Positions 52,270 through 63,410 of a stretch of DNA of 64,000 nucleotides are shown in pieces. The first letter of the stretch is position 1; each line of letters starts with the position of its first letter. Under the pieces are notes generated by a model that had not been told where the DNA came from, ran no database searches, and was given only the letters and a program-made list of their open reading frames with translations. This stretch comes from a virus (lineage: Duplodnaviria; Caudoviricetes): IMG/VR virus record IMGVR_UViG_3300038530_003085, positions 96,001 to 160,000 of that record; one strand, 5' to 3'. The position numbers and the translations under genes are program-made.

Positions 52270-55200
52270 TAGTACGTTCCTCCTCCATCGCTACCACCTC
52301 CACTGCGACCTCCGCCAAGACCGCTATCAGAGCCTCCATCATCGCCACGAATGCCACCTGCTTCTCCAGCACCAGTTCCAGTTGTGACGGTGCCTGCATT
52401 TCGTCTTGTAACGGATGGAGATGAACGTGTGGTAGTCGTTGTTTGTCCACCAGTCCTTGGAGTGCCACCACGAGGATTACGAGGGCCAGTGGTTTGATTA
52501 TTGCCGGCAGAATTATTTGTGTATTCAATACGACCACCTTGTTTAATTTCTACGTCAACAACCCTTCGATTAGATTTGTTATTTTTAGTTTGTACACTAT
52601 TGCCCATTTCAGATTTTTTGACTTCAGTTACAACTTTTGTTTGTCGCCTCTTAGTCTTATCAAGAGAATCATTAATAACACCTACCGTTGATGCAGGATT
52701 AACATATTCGGGACTTGCTATATACTGGCTAGAATTAGGCGTAGAAGGTGCTCTATCCTTAAACAGCACGTCAGCATCAACTTGAATAGATTCGATGATA
52801 GAGACGTAATCATACGGCCAATTGAACCTAACCTTGTAGTCTTGCGTACCCTGAAGAACAGCATCTTGAAGTTGCGGTGGCTTGATTGGCTGATTAGCTT
52901 GCTTAACAATGATGTCTTCGTACATTGCTTGACTGCGTTGCTTAACTTTGAAAACCATCCATCTTAAGTTTGGATTTTTAACTAAGTTGTCTTCTGTAAG
53001 CAACTCAGTATTGATCAACTCATGAGCTACCGCGTCTTCTGCTAAGGACATTCTAGTGCTGTTTCTAGGTGCTAAGTTTTGCCATATGTAGGATAAATCA
53101 TCACGATCAAATTCATACTTGAATTCAAAGATATACATTACGAGCGGATCAATAAGTTGATTGTTTAAGAAATCAAATTGTGGAGGTAGCACGTAATTCT
53201 TCATTTTATTAACTTGTCTTCTAATGGATTGTCCTGCGGCATCTAACGAATTACCCGGTAGGGAGTCAATGTTTTCTTCTAATGCAGCTTCATATCTGTA
53301 CTTAGGAATGGTTATAAATTCTTTTCTAGTTTGTGCATTTTCAGCAGATGGTTGTGGATCGCCTTGTTCAATACCCTTGACTGTGTACGGTACTGCAACG
53401 ACTGCCTCTCTAATAACTTGTTTGTTTGCTACTTCACCAAGTCTTACGCTGGAATTCTCGTTAGTAAAGCCCATTAAATTAGCAAATGATTGCATTTCCT
53501 TAGATATATTCAGCCCTCTTGTTCCAACAAATCCATTGTAAACAGATGCACTGCCGATTACTTCATAGTGATTTGCTAACCAAGATTCAGGGATATCACC
53601 GATTTCTAAGAAAATACCAGTATTATTATTTGAAGGCATTGTACCAAATTGATGCCACATGCCCCTTGGTGTAGTACCTGCTCCAAAATTAGTAGGCAAT
53701 GTTAAAGTACTGTTGCTGTCGTTTGAACTAGATATCGGTCTATCACCTATATCAGCAAAATTCATCATAGGCGTTTCAAATTTAGGCTGAATAACCCATC
53801 TTTGTGCAGCAATTTCATTTTCATCGGTTATCAATTGACCAAACTTGTCAAATCTTTTCTTAGGTACGTTTTCTATACCAAATAGATTGATAGCAGCGTC
53901 TATCTGCATTGCATTGTTATCGATGTGTTCGCCAGAGTATGGTTGTAGTCCGTTAGGTTTGGAAATAACAAATGAAAGATCTCCCATAATCGGATCAGCA
54001 GGGTGTGGCCCGAATTGACCGTTTATCCCAATCCTGTCTTTAACAAGCGTTCTGAAGCCATTTGCGTTAGGTGTTCCATCTGCAGATCTTAGCAAACTAT
54101 CACCGGGATCAAAACGTCTAGTAATTGTTTGTGTCTCTGCTAAAATTCTAGTTAAATCATAATCGACTCCACCACTTGGTGAGAAGATAAAATCAACCCA
54201 TGCTTCACCATCATAGTATGGAGGAGTGTACGCCCAATTAAATCCATTAAGTGAATCTTTTGTTCCAGCTAAACTTGAACCTGTAGCTAACGCATTAAAG
54301 GCATGTTCAAAGCCATCGGACGCGTCCGCAAAGTATGATCTGCCAAGCACAGGTGGGCCAAATGCAGTTGTTCTGCTATACATAACAAAATTACGTTTGA
54401 AATTTGGATTTTGCGTGGGATCTTGTGGAATTTCAAAAGATGCAGAATTAACTAAAGTTGATGATGAAATCGCAGATTGGCCGGCTGCACCAAGCGCTGG
54501 TGGATTTCCAACTCCAAATGCATATCTACGCCCTGTTGACTTTGCTCCTTGCGGGCCATAGAAGTTATTGGTGCCGTCTGAACCACTCTCAAATGAATAT
54601 AATCTTGAGCCGCTATGAGATGCTTTTAATCGCAATCGAGCCCCGTATATTTCACCTTCCCTAAACTTAACAGTTGATATAGAATTACCGTTCGAGCTTA
54701 ATTTGGTGTATTCGTTATTACTTAAAAAGAATTTACCTACTTCAGCAAAGTAATTTGATGCCATCAGCGTATAGAGCTTATCTGCCGGCTGGCCTGCAAG
54801 CGAAGCGGTGAGTGGAATTCTATTAAAGCTCATACTTGGGTGTGGCTCTAATTCAGGTATTTCAAGACCTCTCATATGTTGTGATGGATCAATAATGGCT
54901 TCAAATGGTATTCTCTTATCCCAGAACGTACCGGACACATAATTAACGCCAAATTGATCTGTGCCAACTGCATCACGTATTTTAGCTTTAATTAAGAAAT
55001 TGGAGGCTGTAAGGGGGGAACTATTACTGGCAGTCAATGCTTCATATTCAACTTTTGTACCATCGGTAATTACTGGATAATCAACAGCTATACCTGACTT
55101 AATTGAATTGTACAAAATACCGGGCGCGAAGAGTGGCTGAGTAACTGGTCTTGCATAACTATATTGTATCAGTTCCGAATCATCTACATCAGCAAAAGTT

Positions 55201-58200
55201 GCCAAAGATGACCCAGTAACAGATGTTGCAATAGAATCTCCATAAGACTTACGAAATTGTTCTACAAGATCAAGCGAACGTTGAGCAGGGTAAAAGCCCT
55301 TGTATGGATGAAATTTAATAGCTGCTCGACACGATAACTTAAACTCTTTTGCAGTCAAGTTGGACATTTGTCTAACATCTAAGAAATTCTCTAAGAAGTC
55401 AGAATTTGAGTAATCAATGTAGAAATTTTGTTGAGAACTGTTTATTGTAGTTCCGGGGATCTCGAATGTATCGTTGTTCTCGCCACCAAGAATACCAAAC
55501 TTGGTATAATTCTCAACTTGTTCAGAAATTCTGAATTCTGGTACAATTGAGTATCCCTTCGCAATTAATTTGATGTCCTCCTTGAACTCTTCATAAGTAT
55601 CATAGAATGGTTCAGAGGTAGCGGACACAAAATTTGTTATACCATTAGATGTTGTTAAATATCCTGCAAGTCTTGGAGCTTCCCATTTTGCTTCACCTGA
55701 ACCACTTATAACAGGATTGACGCCTGACGCGCCGGGATTTAATTGTGCAGTTTCAGGATATCCAATAGCTCTGACGTAAGTATCAATATGACTTGGATTA
55801 TTAATTGAGAACGGTGACGCCATCATGTGTTTTCTTGCATAAAGAGCACTGTTTCTAACACAGAATGGTATTTGCTCTGCTTCTTGTAAACTGTTTGGTA
55901 TAGCACTGTTATCCCTAACAAAATGATAAGTACTGTATGTATTCTGTAATTCACCAGCAGAATTTGAGGTTATAAGGGTTGAACCTGAGAAGTAGTGAAA
56001 TCCTGACGCATCTTGATCAGACGCAATAAAAGTTGGACCTGTTCGGGTTTCAAAATCTAATGGCGCGTCAAGAGGCCAAATACTTTGAGTGATAAATCGA
56101 TCTGTAAATGGTGGCGATAACGTGCCATTACTGTAATCTCCGTATTTTGTAACTCCCATTGAATTAGGAATGCCCGTGCTTGCACTCACACGTTGTGCTT
56201 GAGTTGCTTTCCAGAATCCGCTATCATATCCTATTCTATTAACTGATCTTGAAGCAAACTCATTGCGAATAGATGGGTACACATTCTCTTTGTAGAGTGC
56301 CCAGTTAAGTGCAATACCACTTCTATCCTTCAGGGCAATCAACTGCTCATAGGGTGTTACTTGCCTGTCAAAATTGATTTCTGTAAACTCATTAAGTCCC
56401 TTATCGTTAAACAGCACATATTCATTACTATAAGATGTTTTAAGAGTGGCGTTGTCAGCAGTACTGATTATTTCAGTCTGTCCGTTTCTTGTTACCAGTG
56501 AAGTACGTATAAAGTCAAAGTTTACAAATGATGGTCTACCAACCATTGAGACTGGGCGTAAGTCATATTCGCTTAGTACACCAGCACCGCCGGTTGTAAA
56601 GATGTTTAACTTATTGTTGAGTCTTTGGTGTGTAAGAATTTGATGATCTTGTTGACGAACTTGCTTCCATGATGGATAGCCAAACTGATTACCGCGCTTG
56701 AACATGAGACTATTGAGTATAACACCCTTATCAGCATTCTGAAGCAAACCGCCTTTGTCATAAGGTGATACGTAAGGATTGACCCAGTTAAGAAATCTAT
56801 TTGAACTAGAAACTGGTGCGATTGAAGAAGCAATAACTGATGGGACAGTTGTTGGCGGTATCAAAGTATTAGTCGATACATCTATATCTTCTCTAACATT
56901 TAGATTTAGTCTGGTAGTTTGAGGTAAGTAATTTTGTGTAATGTTTTCAGAACTGCGAAGTATTCGACCTGTATCAGAGGGTGCTCTTGAACTACCTATT
57001 TGACTTGCAGTCACAAAGTCGAAAGCATTAGGATATGTGATACCTGATGCACCTGATAATCTTATAGTAAACTTAGGATGATAGAACCCACAAATACCAT
57101 TGTCATTGACAAGTGAGGATGTAATCCAAGCGTATTGCTTACTCATTTGTGGAATCTGATGTTGTACAAAGAAGTTATCAAACATTGAATGAGTGGCAAA
57201 TGTCTTGATATCGTCATACCTTACAAGCACTGGTGAACAGCCCGCGGGTACATTTGTATCTGCAATCATTCCCATACCAGCGCTGCTGTTTCCTAATGGA
57301 ACAAATACATTTTCATTAAAGCCAATTAGGCTATTGGTTGCAGCATCCATTGTACCCGGATTTGCAGCGTTAATAGCCATATAGTTACTATCTGGAGAAT
57401 CTTCAAATCTAATCCAGTCCCAAAGATCTGCACTATTATCAGTGTAGACTGCGGATGCAGTAACATCACAAGGTACTCCGCTGTTATACAAAGAACTAAC
57501 CTCAGTAGAAGTTAAACCGGTTGTCCAAAAAGTGAATTCATCAATAGAAGCAGACAGTGGATTTTGACCATCAGCCATACCACCACCAATATTCATGTAA
57601 GCGGCGCCTTGGGCTTTAATAGCAGAGAACCCTCTATAGCTTGATTTTGTGCCTGCAGCAGTTCGATAATTTGGCCTTATTGATTGAATGTCTGCGGCTG
57701 ATTGAGAAACACCATTAAAGTACAATGTAGCTGCAGCGTCAAAATTAGAGTTGACTGAACCATTGTCAAGAGAGTTCCAAACTAATGCATAGTGATTGAA
57801 TGTGCCTGATAAGTCAAAGCTTGCAAATGGGAAGTGCCACTCGAATTTAATTGTGCTGTTACCACCACCACCAGTGGTACCCACACTGAAATGAATTTGA
57901 GGTCTATCACCAGAACCAGCGTGAACTTTTTCTAATTTTGCAAGTGTTGTTGAAGAATTGGTACAGCCAACACCCCAGACTTGTTCAGTAATTGCCGAGC
58001 CCCCTTTAACGTCATTATGAAACTTTATAAGTCCTGTCCAGCTTAGTGAGTTTCCAGCGCCGCCTGTAATGGAATTTAATAACAATGGAGCTTTAGTATC
58101 TGGCTTGCCTAAACTAGCATTATGTGTACCAGTTAGAAAGAATGTGGGGTTTGGATTTGAGGCAGTCAGAGATGCACCTTGTGTATTGTGTAGGGTATCA

Positions 58201-61200
58201 CCTTCATAGACTGGTGTTGGAGTATCGGTTAGAATCCTAACACAGTCTTTATTGTTTCTGTGTGTTTTATGGTATCCCGGTGATTCATCATATGATGCGC
58301 CGGGATTCGTAACTAGATTTGAATCTCTACCAAATCTAGCTGTATGTCTCGACGAGTGTGCAGTTAATCCAAAATCTTGTCCGTGGATGTCAAACACTCT
58401 AATACCGGGTGTCCCAGCACCTGTTGGTTCAGAAATTTGACCTGTTGATACCTGATGTGGTCTAGTAACCATAATGTTGGTATAGTCAGGGTTATTGTAT
58501 ACTGAGAACTCGTTAGACCTAAAATCACGGTATCCTCTACCCTCAGTCAACAATCCACCAATTGCACTGAATCTGCTTACTATTACAGTTTTGTTGGTAG
58601 TGCCTGATAAATACCCAACATCGTAATCAGGCATAACTTCAAAGTGACCTTCCTCAAGTCTCCTAGCATCTAAGAAAGTTCTAGTTTGAGTCGAGCTAGT
58701 CGCTCTTAGATCAAAAGTATTAGGTGGTAATAATGGTGGATTTTCAATAAATTGTCTTGGATTCTCAAAAGCTCCAAATGTATGAACAACATCGTAGTTG
58801 TGTTGATAGTTACCAAGTATTGTCGAGCCGGTTCTTAATTGAATGTTTCTAATGTTTACTGGTCTCTTGGCAATAAAATCTCTGTAGTACACAGCCTTCT
58901 CAGAAGCTGTGACAGGATAAGGAAACTCATCTGGTGCATTTGCTTCAGGCCAAGGATAATCTGGCGCTGTCATACCAATAGCGCCATCCGTTAACTGACC
59001 ATCGCAGCTTGGATCTGCTGGATCTCTCTTACCAAGTAAAAGCTTCCAAGCTTCAGGTCTAGAGAGATAATTATCTAATCCGGTGTAGAACACACTTTTG
59101 GCAGAGCTACTAACGTTAAGCGGAACATGTCGTGATTGATGTCCGCCAACTGCATAATTTGTGAATGGACCCTGCATAGGTATTTCCATATCGGTACCAT
59201 ATGCGTCATTATGTAAATTGGTAATTGTTACATTCTTGTGGGTTCGATATTTAATGTAATCATCAACACCACCTGAGATAGATGCACTAATTAAATTAAA
59301 CGGGAATGCAAAAGAGTTTTTGTTGGCTTCATATCCTAAGCCATCAATATAATCTCTACCTTGATCCACCTTGATATAACGCTTTCGCTTCTTATTAATA
59401 TTTTCTGTTAGTTGTTGCTTGAATGCCTCATCGGATACAACATTATCAAATGTTTCTATCTCACCAAAAAGAACGTTCTGTGGAACAAGAACAGAGCCGG
59501 CTGAAGAGGATACTGGACCAGCAGGGTGTAAAGATGTATAAGTATATTGAATACTCTTGTTATCTATAAAGTTAACACCACCCTTAATAACTCTATTAAT
59601 TGTCACGTTTTCTGGGCCAGTGAAATCAACTGTACCGGCTTTCTGAGTTTCTAATAACCTATTGAGTGTATATCTTGTGCCGTCAGTTTTTGTAAGTGTT
59701 GGCATAGAGCCACTAAACTCTGGTCTACTCCATTTAACTGCTCGTATGCGTCTGCGCTTAGCGTCAAGTGTTGCGGCACTAGAAGTAATTTCAGGGTCTG
59801 CAATACCTGCAGCACCGGGCAGTGCCCTCTTTTTCCAAAAATCAGTATGTAAGTGTGTTGGTCGAGTTGCATCTGGTATGAAAGAACCACTTACACCAGC
59901 AGGAAAAGTTGATCCACTAACACCGCCATACAGTTCTGCTTCATAACGAAGCTTTGCCTCGACAACGCCGCGGATACTAGCTTCTGGATCTTTCTGCTTA
60001 AATTCAATTGTTGGGAATCTTGATTGATATTTATTTCTTTCTAATACATGACTCTCAACAGTATTGTAAACATCATTAATAAATTCAGCAGAAGCAGGTA
60101 CAAGCTGAGCTATCATTTCAGAAATAGAGTCATCAAACCACTTGTAATAATCTACAAACTTTTCTACTGTTGATAAGTTCTCAACTCTCTGAAAAAAGAT
60201 GCTTCTTAAGTAATTCAAATCCTTGTACTGCATTCTATAGCGATTTACAGGATCACCTATAAGGTTGTTAAAGTCTATCGAGCCTGCGAAGAAGTCTAAT
60301 ATTTCTTCAGATACGGCACGATAAAGGCTTTTTTCTACAACAAAAACATAGTTTGGTACTTGGTCAAATGTTCCTAATAACTCATCGTCTTCTGACAATA
60401 CTTGCACCATATCAGAAGAGACAACTATTTCTGGATCAATGAACTTGAATTCATTAACGATACGGTTCGACACAACGTTAGTGTCATCAGCAGCGAAATT
60501 ACTACCACGACCAGTGTGTGGATATCCTGCGACTTGTCCAGCCCAACCAAAATTATCACGTATAAGCACTGAACCGGAACTAAGGTCGGTCACATAGAAG
60601 TCACCAGAACTATCTGAACTTGTAACGTTTTGGAAGTACCAGTTTAAAGCTAACGTATTGAAATTATAACTATTTTGATTTTCTTCTGGTGCATTGATAG
60701 CATCGATGTTACGATAGGAGCCTGAGATACCAAAGTTTTCTCGATCAACTGCATGCTGCTTAAGAGTAAAAGAATCAAGATATTTTGTCCAATATCGTGT
60801 ATCTGTAAATAATACATCACTCCTTACAGTATTAGCACCTGTAATGTTTGTGTTGGTGGCACCGATATAAACTCTTTTTGAAGCGCGAAGGAAGTTTTTA
60901 GCTACATCTTGACTGATTGAGGAAGTCAACTCAAAAGAGTTATTAATACTACCTAATTTGTTGTTGTAGCCCCTGAACACAACATTGTAGTCTTGGACAT
61001 CAGAGCCTGATGTAGTGAAGGCGTAGGGGTATTGTGGAGGCTTTATTGAGACAGATAAATTCCAGTCCTCATCATCATAAACATTATAGAATAAGCTGGT
61101 TGTCAATAATGGTACTGGGAAAGGCGTAACAGATGATGACAGTCTGAAAAATACATTTCTTGATCCAGCCGAATCTCTAATTGCTTGTACTTGGAAGTTT

Positions 61201-63410
61201 GCATTATCTGATGCAAATATAGTTGTATCCGCTCCATCATCGGTGCTAGCAGAATGCATACCAAACAATGAAATTGTATTAATTGTTCTTCTATGAACTT
61301 TATCGATAGAATTAAAAAAGTTGGGAAATTTTACACCAACTTCTGTTGTAAATCCATATCGATCTTCAAGTGCGACTGGGCCTGAACCAGAAATATAACC
61401 TTGTGATTCTGCATTAGATGGATCAGGGGCTTGATACACAACTGCAGTAGTTGATAAGTTACTGTTTAGATTAATTAATTTTCTTTTCTTTTGTGTCTGC
61501 TTAAGATTACTCTTTAACTCAAATAATTGATTGTTAGCGTATGTGTTTAGGTAGACTAAGTTATCATCAATATTGAAGCATCTAAACAGGTTGCGAATTG
61601 ACCTTTCGGTTCCCTTTGACTTGTAAATGGCAGCAAGGTTGTTGTAAATGTTTTGATAAATTATATTTTTTGTTTTATATAATTCTTGCTGAAACAGCAT
61701 CGTATCATTTCTATTTGCAAATTTTTCAAGCACCGTCGAGTCAACAAAGATTTCTGGTGTATAAAGCCCCAATGATTGTGGCAAGTGTTCTGAAAATGGG
61801 AATGGATCATTTGATGCGCTGGTATAAGTGGCATGCCTAAAGGTAGGTATTGCTTGAATTTGCAAATATAACTTATCAAAGTAAGCACCCATAATGTGGG
61901 AGAGTTGCTCTATATCTGTAAGTCCTAATTCTTCGCTTTCTTCAACTACCCAAGATGGAGTGTTCTTAAGAAACATTGCATTATTTTGCACGTCATGATA
62001 AGTTCCAATGTCCAATAACTCTGCCTTAAGTGCTACGACACTTGGATGATCAGCATAAATAATCGGATCTAAATACTCCGATTCTGCTGCAGACGCTGAA
62101 ACGATAGCAGAGCCAGTATTTCTGGCAACTGAGGAGTATCCAGTCCAAGTACCATTGCATATTCTGCCACCATAGTCTAAAACAACACTATCAATTGATG
62201 CGTTATTTGTAATACCTTCGTTAAACTTATAGTACATTCCAAGAGTAGTGTTGGATATATCTGTATTAACGCCACCTCTAATTTGTGTAAACCAATTTTG
62301 TCCTATCTCTTTTGCGTCTCTTGCTATCTTCCAAAATCTAAATTCATCAAGCGAGCCGCTAAGCTTACCAGCGCCACTGTAATTTGTAATCTTTGATACA
62401 TCTTCGAGACCTCTTGGTGCTGTTTGAAGTGCTGCCAAGCGACCCATCATTTTTTCAGGATTAAGTTCTCCAACAGTTTTAGACGATACAATTTTTGTAT
62501 TATTTAAATTACCATTGACGTAAAGCTTAATGTGAAAATCAGAACCGCTATTTTGTAACACAAATCCATAGTGCTTCCAATCATTTAGAGTATCAATTGA
62601 TAAATCAGCACCAACTGCTTCTTGAAAAATACTAGTGGATCCTGATTCAACTGTAACACGCCACGGTGTGGCTGCCCCAGCGGTGCCATCAAGCTCGACA
62701 GTAATTCGACCATAGTGCGCACTTGAACTAAGTTCGTTGTTCCATATATCTGCAATTACTTGTTTTTCTGTTAAAGACGTTGCAAGGGAACCTGTTTTTG
62801 CCCAGAACTCAATCGTGACACCATCATCAAAGTTTGATTTAAGGTTTGATGTTCTTGTGCCTGAGCCATAATCAGGACGAAAGCCGTTGTTGGTGTAGAT
62901 GTTTTCATCATAAACATTACTGTATTGAAATTTGCTATCTCTATCATCTGGTACTAATGTTTTAATTTGTGCAGTTTGACTAAGTGAATTTGGGCCGGCC
63001 TTGAATGTGATGTATTCATTCGAGCTAGGTGAACCGTATCCACCATTACGAGCGGTAGCAGTACCCCACTCATTGGCAGAAAAAACAGCATATCCATTCG
63101 TTCGAGGATATCTATTGTTAAACAAGTATTTTTCAATATCTAATGACTTGTTATAAAATTCTGTTAACTCGGCTTCAGAGCCATCGTAAGGATAGAAATT
63201 AATAATGCGAGATATTGCACTATCGTAATATAATCTTGCGGAGCCAAACTTAGCAAATGTAGCTGGATCGGAATAATCTACTTGTGGTAAGAAAGCATCT
63301 TGTTTAGCTTTGTTAGCCCTTAAATTACGTGAGGATTCTACTTCAGAAAAAGCATCTTTCTCGTCTTGCGATTTTAAATAATTTCTAGTGAATAAATCCT
63401 TAGTACTCAT
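52269..63410 (-). CDS. Giant (3713 aa) baseplate-wedge / receptor-binding virion protein with LamG/ConA-like domains
   Basis: Two LamG-like domains (TIEFW...WKHY...LYVNG...GSLDEFRFW; HYALVW...LYFNG...IDEFTFW); baseplate-wedge-like IYKSKGTERSIRNLFRCF; G/T/R-rich disordered C-terminus. Confidence 0.7.
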   Translation of the reverse strand: MSTKDLFTRNYLKSQDEKDAFSEVESSRNLRANKAKQDAFLPQVDYSDPATFAKFGSARLYYDSAISRIINFYPYDGSEAELTEFYNKSLDIEKYLFNNRYPRTNGYAVFSANEWGTATARNGGYGSPSSNEYITFKAGPNSLSQTAQIKTLVPDDRDSKFQYSNVYDENIYTNNGFRPDYGSGTRTSNLKSNFDDGVTIEFWAKTGSLATSLTEKQVIADIWNNELSSSAHYGRITVELDGTAGAATPWRVTVESGSTSIFQEAVGADLSIDTLNDWKHYGFVLQNSGSDFHIKLYVNGNLNNTKIVSSKTVGELNPEKMMGRLAALQTAPRGLEDVSKITNYSGAGKLSGSLDEFRFWKIARDAKEIGQNWFTQIRGGVNTDISNTTLGMYYKFNEGITNNASIDSVVLDYGGRICNGTWTGYSSVARNTGSAIVSASAAESEYLDPIIYADHPSVVALKAELLDIGTYHDVQNNAMFLKNTPSWVVEESEELGLTDIEQLSHIMGAYFDKLYLQIQAIPTFRHATYTSASNDPFPFSEHLPQSLGLYTPEIFVDSTVLEKFANRNDTMLFQQELYKTKNIIYQNIYNNLAAIYKSKGTERSIRNLFRCFNIDDNLVYLNTYANNQLFELKSNLKQTQKKRKLINLNSNLSTTAVVYQAPDPSNAESQGYISGSGPVALEDRYGFTTEVGVKFPNFFNSIDKVHRRTINTISLFGMHSASTDDGADTTIFASDNANFQVQAIRDSAGSRNVFFRLSSSVTPFPVPLLTTSLFYNVYDDEDWNLSVSIKPPQYPYAFTTSGSDVQDYNVVFRGYNNKLGSINNSFELTSSISQDVAKNFLRASKRVYIGATNTNITGANTVRSDVLFTDTRYWTKYLDSFTLKQHAVDRENFGISGSYRNIDAINAPEENQNSYNFNTLALNWYFQNVTSSDSSGDFYVTDLSSGSVLIRDNFGWAGQVAGYPHTGRGSNFAADDTNVVSNRIVNEFKFIDPEIVVSSDMVQVLSEDDELLGTFDQVPNYVFVVEKSLYRAVSEEILDFFAGSIDFNNLIGDPVNRYRMQYKDLNYLRSIFFQRVENLSTVEKFVDYYKWFDDSISEMIAQLVPASAEFINDVYNTVESHVLERNKYQSRFPTIEFKQKDPEASIRGVVEAKLRYEAELYGGVSGSTFPAGVSGSFIPDATRPTHLHTDFWKKRALPGAAGIADPEITSSAATLDAKRRRIRAVKWSRPEFSGSMPTLTKTDGTRYTLNRLLETQKAGTVDFTGPENVTINRVIKGGVNFIDNKSIQYTYTSLHPAGPVSSSAGSVLVPQNVLFGEIETFDNVVSDEAFKQQLTENINKKRKRYIKVDQGRDYIDGLGYEANKNSFAFPFNLISASISGGVDDYIKYRTHKNVTITNLHNDAYGTDMEIPMQGPFTNYAVGGHQSRHVPLNVSSSAKSVFYTGLDNYLSRPEAWKLLLGKRDPADPSCDGQLTDGAIGMTAPDYPWPEANAPDEFPYPVTASEKAVYYRDFIAKRPVNIRNIQLRTGSTILGNYQHNYDVVHTFGAFENPRQFIENPPLLPPNTFDLRATSSTQTRTFLDARRLEEGHFEVMPDYDVGYLSGTTNKTVIVSRFSAIGGLLTEGRGYRDFRSNEFSVYNNPDYTNIMVTRPHQVSTGQISEPTGAGTPGIRVFDIHGQDFGLTAHSSRHTARFGRDSNLVTNPGASYDESPGYHKTHRNNKDCVRILTDTPTPVYEGDTLHNTQGASLTASNPNPTFFLTGTHNASLGKPDTKAPLLLNSITGGAGNSLSWTGLIKFHNDVKGGSAITEQVWGVGCTNSSTTLAKLEKVHAGSGDRPQIHFSVGTTGGGGNSTIKFEWHFPFASFDLSGTFNHYALVWNSLDNGSVNSNFDAAATLYFNGVSQSAADIQSIRPNYRTAAGTKSSYRGFSAIKAQGAAYMNIGGGMADGQNPLSASIDEFTFWTTGLTSTEVSSLYNSGVPCDVTASAVYTDNSADLWDWIRFEDSPDSNYMAINAANPGTMDAATNSLIGFNENVFVPLGNSSAGMGMIADTNVPAGCSPVLVRYDDIKTFATHSMFDNFFVQHQIPQMSKQYAWITSSLVNDNGICGFYHPKFTIRLSGASGITYPNAFDFVTASQIGSSRAPSDTGRILRSSENITQNYLPQTTRLNLNVREDIDVSTNTLIPPTTVPSVIASSIAPVSSSNRFLNWVNPYVSPYDKGGLLQNADKGVILNSLMFKRGNQFGYPSWKQVRQQDHQILTHQRLNNKLNIFTTGGAGVLSEYDLRPVSMVGRPSFVNFDFIRTSLVTRNGQTEIISTADNATLKTSYSNEYVLFNDKGLNEFTEINFDRQVTPYEQLIALKDRSGIALNWALYKENVYPSIRNEFASRSVNRIGYDSGFWKATQAQRVSASTGIPNSMGVTKYGDYSNGTLSPPFTDRFITQSIWPLDAPLDFETRTGPTFIASDQDASGFHYFSGSTLITSNSAGELQNTYSTYHFVRDNSAIPNSLQEAEQIPFCVRNSALYARKHMMASPFSINNPSHIDTYVRAIGYPETAQLNPGASGVNPVISGSGEAKWEAPRLAGYLTTSNGITNFVSATSEPFYDTYEEFKEDIKLIAKGYSIVPEFRISEQVENYTKFGILGGENNDTFEIPGTTINSSQQNFYIDYSNSDFLENFLDVRQMSNLTAKEFKLSCRAAIKFHPYKGFYPAQRSLDLVEQFRKSYGDSIATSVTGSSLATFADVDDSELIQYSYARPVTQPLFAPGILYNSIKSGIAVDYPVITDGTKVEYEALTASNSSPLTASNFLIKAKIRDAVGTDQFGVNYVSGTFWDKRIPFEAIIDPSQHMRGLEIPELEPHPSMSFNRIPLTASLAGQPADKLYTLMASNYFAEVGKFFLSNNEYTKLSSNGNSISTVKFREGEIYGARLRLKASHSGSRLYSFESGSDGTNNFYGPQGAKSTGRRYAFGVGNPPALGAAGQSAISSSTLVNSASFEIPQDPTQNPNFKRNFVMYSRTTAFGPPVLGRSYFADASDGFEHAFNALATGSSLAGTKDSLNGFNWAYTPPYYDGEAWVDFIFSPSGGVDYDLTRILAETQTITRRFDPGDSLLRSADGTPNANGFRTLVKDRIGINGQFGPHPADPIMGDLSFVISKPNGLQPYSGEHIDNNAMQIDAAINLFGIENVPKKRFDKFGQLITDENEIAAQRWVIQPKFETPMMNFADIGDRPISSSNDSNSTLTLPTNFGAGTTPRGMWHQFGTMPSNNNTGIFLEIGDIPESWLANHYEVIGSASVYNGFVGTRGLNISKEMQSFANLMGFTNENSSVRLGEVANKQVIREAVVAVPYTVKGIEQGDPQPSAENAQTRKEFITIPKYRYEAALEENIDSLPGNSLDAAGQSIRRQVNKMKNYVLPPQFDFLNNQLIDPLVMYIFEFKYEFDRDDLSYIWQNLAPRNSTRMSLAEDAVAHELINTELLTEDNLVKNPNLRWMVFKVKQRSQAMYEDIIVKQANQPIKPPQLQDAVLQGTQDYKVRFNWPYDYVSIIESIQVDADVLFKDRAPSTPNSSQYIASPEYVNPASTVGVINDSLDKTKRRQTKVVTEVKKSEMGNSVQTKNNKSNRRVVDVEIKQGGRIEYTNNSAGNNQTTGPRNPRGGTPRTGGQTTTTTRSSPSVTRRNAGTVTTGTGAGEAGGIRGDDGGSDSGLGGGRSGGGSDGGGTY

